Shown here: one piece after another, positions 1-10,511 of the stretch
Layout: every line of letters begins with the position of its first letter
Numbering within the stretch: the first letter of the stretch is position 1
Assembly: GCA_964016885.1 (NCBI GenBank)
Contig: OZ024740.1
Coordinates: forward strand, 423,336,001 to 423,400,000
Source: Eledone cirrhosa
Lineage: Eukaryota
Direction of reading: 5' to 3'
DNA length: 64,000 nucleotides
The notes under the pieces: generated by a model
Seen by the model: only the letters and a program-made list of their open reading frames with translations
Told to the model about the DNA's origin: nothing
Database searches by the model: none
Translations under genes and position numbers: made by a program

Positions 1-1503
1 GATGAGGTGGATTCTCCACTGACAGCCGGGTCCGCCTGCACGAGAGCCGTGAGCGCCTGGGCACACTCAGTGTGCCAGGCGCCCAGTTACCTCGGTCTTT
101 GCTTGACCCAGGACTGCAGCTCGGTGAGCTAGACGAGTCCGGGAAAGGCTCGCCTCACAAACGGGGCCCACACCGGTTGACCGGTGAGGAATACCTGGAG
201 GTGCCGTAGCCTTAATGCGTGTTTACGCATCATCAGCCACGGCCTCCCCAGCCCTCCTTTCGAAGGGTGTTGACAGCAGATGGATCTCCTCACCATAGGA
301 GCCCGCTTCTTCCAAAGGAATTGGAAGAGTGTGCGCTCCATTTTGGCGAGCGTTTCCCTTGGGCAAGGCACGACGGTCAGGCGGTAGTAGATGACGGACG
401 CTATATAAGTGTCCGCCACCTCCGCCCGACCTTTCAGGGACAGTTTGCACTCGGCCCACTTCTGGGTCAGTGCAAACACTCTGTTCGTTACCTCACCCCA
501 GTTCTTCTCCACCTGGAGGTCTGGTCCGAACCAGACCCCGAGCAACTTCACCAGGCCCTCCGTCCAGCGCCCGACGATGCCATCGGAGGGCATCGATTTG
601 CCCCTCCACGTGCCGAGTTGCAAACCGATCGACTTGTCCCGGTTCAGCTTAGGCCTTGTAAACCTTTCGTACTCCTCCAGTAAGGTGCCGATCGCCCCGA
701 TTTCCGGGGCCGTCGACACCATTACTGATACGTCATCGGCGTAGGCCGATACCGCTTTCCGCAATCCCGGTTCCAACGGGATGCCCTGCAACAACTCCAA
801 CTTCCGCAGCAGTGGCTCTAGAGTCATTACATACAGAAGGGAGGAGAGAGGGCACTCTTGTCGGATGGACCGCGCGATATCGAACGGCTCCGAGAGGTAG
901 CCATTCACCTTGACTCTAGAGCAGATGCGGCTGCTGTGCATGGCAGTGATCCAGCCCCTGAAAACGAGTCCGAAGCCTGCTGCCGCTAGCACCGCATCCA
1001 GGTAACCATGGTCGACCCTATCGAACGCCTTAGATTGATCCAAGTTGATCAGGGCCCCACCTATGATGTATCGCATGAGGTGGAGGTTGTCGTGGATGGA
1101 CCTGGACGGGATAGCACATGTCTGCGCATCTCTCACCAGGTTGCCCACGACAAGCGCCAACCTCTTTGCTAGCACCTTGGCCAAAATCTGTAACTCTGTA
1201 TTTAGCAGAGTTATGGGCCTGAAATTACTTATATCGTCCCCCTTGTTCTCGTCCTTCCTCACTAGCGTGACTACGCCCTTGGTGACAACACAGGGAATTC
1301 TCCCGTTCTGTTGCCAGTTGCAGTAGACCGCCTCGAGGAGATCGGGGAACAAGTCCGGCATAGCTAGATATAGTTCGTATGGAAGACCATCGAGACCCGG
1401 GGATTTGCGTTTGCCGCATTGGCTCAGCACCTTCTCTATCTCAGCGGCTGAAATCGGTTCCTCGCAGGACTTCGCCTCCGAACAATCTGGCAAAGTGCTT
1501 TTG
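1..1503 (-). pseudogene. Tx1/L1-like ORF2 fragment (RT domain), subfamily A2-like, degraded; runs off the window start
   Basis: ORF 129..1748 contains KSPGLDGL, FRPITLLN, DQSKAFD and YADD. It has a QECPLS substitution, a 9-aa deletion (YIIGGAL) and a premature stop at 129. Homology to ORF2 ends at ~1503. Confidence 0.93.
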
Positions 1504-1504
1504 C

Positions 1505-2390
1505 TGCATGTGCGACGACTTGCTCGGTGAAACTCTGGGCGTAAAGGAAGACGAACTGGCCATTCTGTTCGGTAGGACCTTCCGCCCGGAACCGATGGAC
1601 AACTTCCAAAAGTTCCTGGCCTGGCAGTGCTATCGAGGAGCTCTACCAGTTCGAGACAAGCTCTACAGACATGGGCGCCCGGGCAGGGACCCTGCAATAA
1701 AGATCTGTCCGAGGTGCGTGCGAGACGAAGAAACCGTCGCGCACGCATTCATACACTGCCCGGGCGTCACCGACATGTGGGGCTATGTAGAACGACTATT
1801 GTCGCGGGTGGGACCAATCCGGTTGACCACCGAGTCCATTGTCATGATCAAACCGCCACCACCCTCCTTCAAAAACGAAGGAGAGGCAGTTTTCCTTTGT
1901 GTGATAGCTATGGCGAAAGAGGTTGTATGGTGGATAAGGTTGAAAGGGCTGAGGTCAGACACCTTTCTCTCCGGCCAACAACTGATCTTATTTTCAAATA
2001 CCACTTTGGAAGAAGAATCAGGATGGAGAGAGAGGTGCTGTACCCCAGCAAGTTTTATGAAAGGTGGGTGAAAGTGGCGAGAATGGCTCGAGTGAATGGG
2101 CCTTCTCTCTATATCAGCCTGTAGGTTGAGAAAAAGGAGGAGGAGAGGAAAGGAGTACAAACTCTTCGTACTCCTGGAGATGAGGGTTGCACATTTTTTC
2201 GGGGGTATGTGTTACCCATATGAACTGTCTCCCCCTATTGGGGAAAATCAACTAATTTTTAAATGGAATTTGTGATAATATTTTACACGTTTTTATTGTA
2301 TGTAAACTTCCCCCTTTGTATTTGTCCCCTTCTTTTGTGCCCCTGTGGCTAATAAAGAAACATATCTATCTATCCATCTATCTATCCATT
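1505..2390 (+). mobile_element. Inverted 3' end of an A1 element: ORF2 C-terminus, 3' UTR and (TATC)n tail
   Basis: Plus-strand ORFs 1379..2071 and 1627..2124 encode CPRC..ET..H..C and end in GPSLYISL*. They are followed by GCCCCTGTGGCTAATAAA and TATCTATCTATCCATCTATCTATCCAT (2363-2389). Confidence 0.92.
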
Positions 2391-3127
2391 ACCGTTGAGG
2401 GTAGGCGGCCCTCGTGTTACCTCTGTGGAGCCAGAGGTCACCTGAGGGCTGTCTGTCCTCAACTTAAAAAGAAAACCCCAATTCTGCCTACACCACCAAC
2501 AACTGCACAACCAACACAATCACCACAACCACCACTGAAAAAACAACAACCACAGCTCAAACCAAACAAAACACTGCCCCCCCCCCACACTAAAAAAAAC
2601 AATTTCCAAAACCCCTGCACCGCAAACACAACCCAAAAATCTACCCTCCCCTCCAACACGGGAGATGACCCTCGTTCGTCGTCAGACGAGGAGGAGCATT
2701 TCCACACAATCAAAAGAAAAAAAAAAGAAAACACACCTCAGACACACAAATGAAAACAACCCCTCCCCAAAACATAACACAGACACCAACACAAAAGAGC
2801 ACACAACAACAGCAAACAAAAAACACCACACAAAAACAAAAACATGCATACACATACATAAACACAATAAAAAAACCGCTAAACATTGTGTACAACAACA
2901 ATTTAGTGAAAACCCAAGGGCCTAACTTCACCCAGGCAGGGGATTTCCCCCACCTCAAAATGATTAAGGCCCCAGAGGACACATATAAAACGCTAAAAAA
3001 CAACTTTAAAGAGGACGTGCCCCCCCCCCCCCCTGCGTCTGGCCCATTAACCGCGTCCTCCTAAAAAATTCCCCCACCCTCTCCCCAAACACCCACACAA
3101 CTCCAAATACCCCAACCACACAACACA
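2387..3127 (+). pseudogene. Inverted ORF1 C-terminal fragment (zinc knuckle onward), A2-like
   Basis: ITVEGRRPSCYLCGARGHLRAVCPQL and downstream frameshifted pieces closely match the ORF1 at 13974..15755. Confidence 0.9.
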
Positions 3128-5064
3128 CTGTCGAATGGATCGCGTGATATGGAACGGCTCCGAGAGGTAGCCGTTCACCTTAACTCTTGAGCAGATGTTG
3201 CTGTTATGCATTGCAGCAATCCAGCCCCTGAACACGGGTCCGAGCCTGCCGCCTCGAGCACCGCATCCAGGTAACGATGGTCAACCCTATCGAAAGCCTT
3301 AGACTGATCCAAGTTGATCAGGGCCCCACCGAAGCCGGGTTTACACCCTACCCTCTCTATGATGTATAGCATGAGGTGGAGGTTGTCGTGTATGGACCTG
3401 GTCGGGATTGCGCATGTCTGCGCTTCTCCCACCAGGTTTCCGACGACAAGCGCCAGCCTCTTTGCCAACACCTTGGCCAAAATCTGTAACTCTGTGTTTA
3501 GCAGAGTGATGGGCTGGAAGTTGCCTATGTCATCCTCCTTATTCTCGTCCTTCCTGATTAGTGTGACTACGCCCCCGGTCACAGAACTGGGAATTCTCCC
3601 GTTCTGTTGCCAGTTGCAGTAGACCGCTTCCAGGAGACCGGAGAATAAGACCGGCATTGCTATGTAAAATTCGTAGGGTAGACCGTCGAGACCTGGAGAT
3701 TTGCGTTTTCCGCATTGGCTCAACGCGTCCCCTATCTCAGCGGCTGAAATCGGCCTTTCACAGAACTTTGCCCCGCTGTCCGAGAGTTGCGGTAGGCCGT
3801 CGAGGTATGGACCGAAATCCACAGCCCCTCCCGGCGCGCCGCCCTGCCCGAACAGCCGAGCAAAGTGCCGCTGAAAGGCCGCACATATCTGTTTCGGCTC
3901 ACGTATTACACGTCCGTTTTGGTCCTTCAAAGACCGAATCCTGGACGTATTGCCACTTTTTGCCTCCGTCACTCAGGCCCAGCTAACAGCTTTGGCTCCC
4001 TCATTTCCCAGAGCACGTATTTTGCTTCTGACATAACAACACTTGTGCTTTGCGTCGAAGAACTGGTCCAAGGCCGTTCTCGTTGCTAACATGCTGGCTA
4101 CGTTGCCACTTCTAATTGCCTCTTCTACTTTATCTACCAGTTCTTTCTCGGTTCTATTTCTATCTAACGCTAATTCTTTACTAAAAACTAACGAGTCTAA
4201 TCTAACTGCCTTCTTGAGAGAGTACCACCATCTGTTGTTGACAATGGCCCCTGTCAAGTGCTGTTTAACTAAAGTGCTAATCCGTCTACTGTAGGCTTTG
4301 CATGTTGGTAACGACAAGTTCAGCTTCCAGTAGCCGGGTCCTTGTCTATGGGTTCTATCAAGGTTGACCATGCAGGTCACTAGTTTGTGATCTGAATAGG
4401 CAACCATGAACATTTGTGGACAGCTTAACATGTCCCTATACTTCTTTCTAACTAGAACCCTAACTAGGTACGATCTAGATGTTCCGCTAAGATTAGTCCA
4501 CGTCCACAGTGGCACAGTCGGAAAATCTAGTCGATATCTATCGGCCAGGTCAAATCGGCCGATTAACTGTTTGAAGATGTTACACCCCCTTTATCGGGAC
4601 ATGCTCCCACATAGTCCCAACATGCATCTAGGAATCCATTCCAGTCCCCCACTAAAAGCAAGGAGCGGGACGTTCCCAGAATAGTCTCTAGACGTTTGAA
4701 GAAGTCTGGCCGCGGTGTCCCGGATGGGGCATATGCGGCCACCAGCCTGAAGGCTCCACCTTCACTACCGTCAACGTCTAGGACCACCAGTCGACCCTCC
4801 GGGTCCAGATGTACCGTCTGTGTTACAAGGCCCAGGTGTTTCTGCAGCAAAACGGCAACCCCGCCCCCACCCCCCGGCTGACAGAGAGATGCGTAGATCT
4901 CAAAGTCATCGAAGATGGGGGCCAGCTGTCGCTCGCTGTGGCCTGGACTCGCAAATGGCTACTACATCCATACTGTGCGACCTGAGGTCGTTTAAGAGTT
5001 TGCCCTGTTTCCAGGGCATCCCCAGGCCGCGTACATTCACACACCCAACTCTTATATTGGCCAT
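3128..5064 (-). pseudogene. A1a ORF2 (APE endonuclease and N-terminal RT), disrupted and truncated
   Basis: ATG at 5064 in ACCAACATGGCC context; stops and frameshifts; ends just before the QGCPLS motif. Confidence 0.88.
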
Positions 5065-5098
5065 GTTGGTTCTGAAAAGTTAAAAGAGAAGAAAACAC

Positions 5099-6920
5099 TC
5101 ACCTCTTCATCTCCCGGGGATCAGGCTGCACGGTTTCCATGGGGGTGTTAGAGGAGTTGTCTGGGTGGGTGGTGGTTTCCGGCGGGGTGGGGACGGAGAT
5201 GTTTGGTGGGATGGGGTGTCTGGGGTGGCGGTGTCTGGGTTTAACACAAGGATTACCCACGTCCTTAGGAACGTTTTCCTTTAAAGACTTATAGGTGTCC
5301 GTAGGGACCCTAATCATCTTTAAATTAGGTTTGTCTACACAGTTTGAAAAAGTTTTCCCGTCGGTTTTCACCGAAGGGTCGTTGGAGATGACCTCCATTA
5401 AAGTTTTGTTTTTACTGTTTATGTATGTGTAATGTTCTTGTTGTGTGGCGGTGGTTTTTGTCTGTTGTTCTTGTGGGAGCTTTCGTTTTGTTGTAGGTGT
5501 TTGTGCTTGGAGTGATGTCATGGTTTTGTTTTCGGGACGCGGGGGGGGGGGTTGTTTGTAATGTTTGTGTTGTTTGTGTTGGTGGTTGTATGTTTGTAGT
5601 GATGTTTGTTGTTTTTTTTGTTCTTGTGGTGTCTTTTCTTCTTTCTTTTCGAACGGAGAGGCTCTCCCTCATCATCACTTGGTGATGATGTGGGGGCCTC
5701 GTCCGTTGTGGTGTCTGTGTTATTTGGAAGGGGTATGTTTTGGGGAGCTGTTGTGTTTCTGGGTGTTTTTGCAGTGGTTTTAGGTGGAGTGGGGTTGGGT
5801 AGGACTGTGCTTGCAGGTTGGTTTGTTGTTCTTGTTTTGGTTGTGTTTGCGTGTTCTTGTTGTTGTTGTTGTGGTGGTGGTGGTTGTGTTGTTGTTTTGG
5901 GTGTTGGCAGTAGTGCCTCTCTTTTTTTTAGTTAACTGAGGACAGTAAGCCTTCAGGTGACCACTGCTTAAACAGTGGTAACATGAAGGCCGCCTACCCT
6001 CAACAGAAATGTTTATGTGTGAAATTCCATCCAGAGGCACACGTTGGGGTATTTTAACTATCCGTTCTGGCCTCATTTGGACCAGAACTTCCATGCTTGT
6101 ACCATTGAATGTGCCTCTGGAGGACTTTCCCACCAAAATGATGGTGTCTTCGTCGAAATCGATGAAGCCAGTTAGAATCCACCAGACGTTTACATTTGGT
6201 ACAATGTTCGAAATTTTTATTTTTTGAGTTCTTTTTCCCATATATGTGGGGAAAAAGGTGTAAAGAGGGGACACAATCGGCGATACAGAATATTTTTGTG
6301 CTGTCAATTGGTCTTTCAACACAACCGAAATGCTTCCAAAAAGTTTCCCTTTTTGGATGAAGGCAATATCCTTCATGGAATTCTTCAGAACCAGTTCAAT
6401 ATCGTTTTGGGATAACTGAACTGGTTTTTTCGACACATTTGAAACTGTCCTAAAAATTACTGTTTTTAGAACAGTTTCTCTGCGTAACTGTTGAGGAGAA
6501 GTGATGCTGAAAGCACCACTCTCACCAAAAGTTACGTACTGTTTTTAACATTTCCCTAGCATTGGAAATGTCAAGGTATGTGAACAGTTCCGTCTTTTGG
6601 ACGGTTTGAGCAAAAGAAATCTTTTCCTTGTTCGTGGAGTTGTTCGTGTTGCTGGTGTTGTTGTTATCATTGTTGCTGTTGTTGTTCTTGTTGTCATTAT
6701 TGTTGTTGTTGTTGTTGTTGTTGTTCTGGTTGGTGTTGTTTATATTTTGCATGTTATTGGTGTTTGTGTTAGTGATGATGTTACAATCAACGTCCGACAT
6801 CGCGTTTTCAAAACTGACGACATTTTCGATGTCTTTCAATGGGGTGGTGAGAGGAGGTGACTGCGAGCTTAACACTCTTACCGCCTCTCCACCACTTCTA
6901 GTTATGAACGCAGCGTTCAT
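5099..6920 (-). pseudogene. A1a ORF1 (N-rich N-terminus, CCHC zinc knuckle), disrupted
   Basis: CYHCLSSGHLKAYC knuckle; homologous to ORF1 13974..15755; split over several frames. The start codon is uncertain. Confidence 0.85.
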
Positions 6921-7140
6921 GACTGAATGCAAGGTTTGTTTACACTTTTTTTTCACCGGCGAAATTGTTTTCAAAACGAAAATTTCACCCCAAGGAGGGG
7001 TGAAGATGACTTGACCCACCGTCTGAAAGTCCAGACGTGGGGTCAAGCTATAAAATAGTAATAAATTTAACAATAAATTTTTGATTTCTTACTTAGAAAA
7101 TCAACAAAAACTTACCAGCGAACTGGCACACGTCTCAAGA

Positions 7141-10100
7141 TGGATAGATAGATAAATGGATAGATGGATAGATAGATGGAGAGAGAGATAGATAGATAAA
7201 TTTCTTTATTAGCCACAAGGGCACAAAAGAAGGGGACAAATACAAATGGGGAGTTTACATACAGGTATATGAAAATAAAACTATTAATAAAATAACAAAT
7301 AACAATTGATATCCCCAATAGGGGGGAGGTGTTACACAGGGGTTGTACACACCCCGAAAAAATGTACAACCCTCATCTCCAGGAGCACCAAGAGTGAGTA
7401 CTCCTTTCCTCTCTTCCTCTTTTTCCTCAACCTACAGGCTTATATAGAGAGAAGGCCCAACCACTCGGGCCATCTTTGCCACATTCACCCACCTTTTATA
7501 AAACTTGCTGGGGTACAGCACCTCTCTCTCCATCCTGATTCTTCTTCCAAAATGATATTTGAAAAAACGAATCAGTTGCTGGCCGGAGAGAAAGGCGTCT
7601 GACCTCAGCCCTTTTAACCTCGTCCACCATATAACCTCTTTCACCGTAGCCATAATACATAGGAAAACCGCCTCTCCCTCGTTTTTGAAGGAGGGTGGCG
7701 GTTTGATCATGACAATGGACTCGGTGGTCAACTGGATTGGTCCCACCCGCGGCAATAGTCGTTCTACATAGCCCCACAGTTCGGTAACGCCCGGGCAGTG
7801 TACAACTGCGTGTGCGACGGTTTCCTCGTCGCGCACGCATCTCGGACAGATCTTTTTCGAAGGGTCCCTACCCGGGCACCCGTGTCTGTAGAGCTCCTCG
7901 GTAGCACTGCCAGGCCAGGGACTTTTGGAAGGTGTCCATCAGTCCCGGGCGGAAGGTCCTACCGAACAGACTGGCCAGTTCGTCCCCCTCTACGCTTAGA
8001 GTTTCTCCGGGTTTGTCGTCGCACTTGCTGCGGACCAACCCTCTATAGAATGTCGAAGTGGAGTCTCCACTGATCGCCAGAGGATTGTTAGCGCCTGAGC
8101 ACATTCCATGTGCCAGTCGCCCATTTTCCTCGGTCTTTGCTTGACCCAGGACTGTAGCTCGGTCATCAAGACGAGTCGTGGGAAGGCTCGCTTCACGAAC
8201 GGGGCCCACACCGGTTGTCTGGTGAGGAATAGATGGAGGTGCCGCAGCCTGAGCGCGTGTTTACGCATCGTCAGCCACGGCATCCCCAGCCCTCCGTTTG
8301 AGGGGTGTTTGCAGCAGATGGATCTTCTCACCAAAGGAGCCCGCTTCTTCCAAAGGAATTGGAAGAGCGCGCGCTCCATTTTGGTGAGCGTTTGGGCTGG
8401 ACAAGGCACAACGGTCAAGCGGTAGTAGATGGCGGACGCTATAAAAGTGTTCGCTACCTCCGCTCGACCTTCCAAAGATAGTTTGCACTCGGCCCACTTC
8501 TGGGTGAGCGCAAACACCTTGGCCGTCACTTCGTTCCAGTTCTTCTCCACCTGGAGGTCAGGACTAAACCAGACCCCGAACAGCTTTACCGGTCCTTCCG
8601 TCCAGCATCCGACGGCGTCATCGGAAGGCATCGGTTTGCCTCTCCACGTTCTGAGTTGCAAACCGACGGATTTCTCCCGGTTCAGCTTCGCTCCTGTGAA
8701 CCTTTCGTATTCCTCCAGTAAGGTGCCGATCTCGCCGATTTGCGAGGTGCTCGACACCATTACTGCTTTTCGCAGTCCCGGTTCCAAAGGGATGCCCTGC
8801 AATAGCTCCAACTTCCGCAGTAGTGGCTCGAGAGTCAGTACGTACAGAAGGGAGGAGAGAGGGCATCCCTGTCGGATGGATCACGTGATATGGAACGGCT
8901 CCGAGAGGTAGCCGTTCACCTTGACCCTTGAGCAGATGTTGCTGTTGTGCATTGCAGCAATCCAGCCCCTGAACACGGGAAGCTTGCCGCCTCGCGCACC
9001 GCATCCAGGTAACGATGGTCAACCCTATCGAAAGCCTTAGACTGATCCAAGTTGATCAGGGCCCCACCGAATCCGGGTTTACACCCTACCCTCTCTATGA
9101 TGTATCGCATGAGGTGGAGGTTGTCGTGTATGGACCTGGTCGGGATTGCGCATGTCTGAGCTTCTCCCACCAGGTTTCCGACGACAACCGCCAGCCTCTT
9201 TGCCAACACCTTGGCCAAAATCTGTAACTCTGTGTTTAGCAGAGTGATGGGCCGGAAGTTGCCTATGTCATCCCCCTTGTTCTCGTCCTTCCTGACTAAC
9301 GTGAATACGCCCTTGGTCACAGAACTGGGAATTCTCCCGTTCTGCTACCAGTTGCAGTAGACCGCTTCCAGGAGATCGGAGAACAAGTCCGGCATTGCTA
9401 CGTAAAATTCGTAGGGTAGACCGTCGAGACCTGGAGATTTGCGTTTGCTGCATTGGCTCAGCGTGTCCCCTATCTCAGCGGCCTTTCACAGAACTTTGCC
9501 CCGCTGTTAACAGCTTTGGCTCCCTCGTTTCACAGAGCACGTATTTTGCTTCTGACAACGCAGCCTTCATGCTTTGCGTGAAAGAACTGGTCCAAGGCCG
9601 TTCTCGTCGCTAGCACGCTGGCTACGTTGCCACTCCTAAGTGCCTCTTCTACTTTATCTACCAGTTCCTTTTCGGTCTTATTTCTATCTAACACTAATTC
9701 TTTACTAAAACCTATCGAGTCTAATCTAACTGCCCTCTTGAGAGAGTACCACCATCTGTTGTTGACAATGGCCTCCGTCAAGTGCTGCTTAACTAAAGTG
9801 CTAATCCGTCTACTGTAGGCTTTGCATGTCGGTAACGACAAGTTCAGCTTCCTGTAGCCGGGTCCCTGTCTATGGGTTTTGTCAAGGTTGACTAAGCAGG
9901 TCTCTAATTTGTGATCTGAATAGGCAACCATGAACATTTGTGGACAGCTTAACATGTCCCTATACTTCTTTCTAACTAGAACCCTAACTAGGTACGATCT
10001 AGATGTTCCGCTAAGATTAGTCCACGTCCACAGTGACAAGTCGGAAAATCTAGTCGATATCTATCGGCCAGGTCAAATCGGCCGATTAACTGTTTGAGGC

Positions 10101-10180
10101 TGTTACACCCCCCTCTATCAGGACATGCTTCCACATAGTCCCAACGTGCATCTAGGATTCCATTCCAGTCCCCCACTAAC
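7141..10180 (-). mobile_element. Tx1/L1-like element A1b, 5'-truncated in the EN domain, degraded
   Basis: GATA/GATG tail at 7141-7198, 3' UTR, ORF2 stop at 7432, fragments 7432..7836, 7996..8811, 8916..9320 and 9530..10039. Internal deletion near 9506; ends at LLVGDWN (~10180). Confidence 0.92.
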
Positions 10181-10511
10181 AGAGATGGATGGATAGATGG
10201 ATAGATGGATGGATGGATGGATAGATAGATAGATAGATAGATAGATATATTTCTTTTATTTGCCACTAGGGCATCAAAAGTGGGACAAGTACAAAGGGGG
10301 GAGTTTACACAAAAAGGCGTCCTCAATAAGGAGGAGGCAATAACAAAATATAAAAATAAAATAAGATATAACAAAAAATAAAATTTTTAACAAAATCCTC
10401 AATAGAGAGGAGGCGCCTTGGGGGGTCGCACACACCCCCGAAAAAAGTGTGCAACCCTTCTCCTCAGGAGCACAGAGAAGGGGTGCTCCCTTGGTCTTTC
10501 ATCTTCCTCAC

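Larger units (their letters stand above)
3128..7140 (-). mobile_element. Tx1/L1-like element A1a: 5' UTR, ORF1 and 5' half of ORF2, degraded
   Basis: EN/RT fragments in ORFs 3175..3972, 3973..4515 and 4563..4850 (GDWN, SDH). ORF1 fragments in 5099..5521, 5780..6436 and 6522..7073. The 5' end abuts the next element's GATA tail at 7141. Confidence 0.92.
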
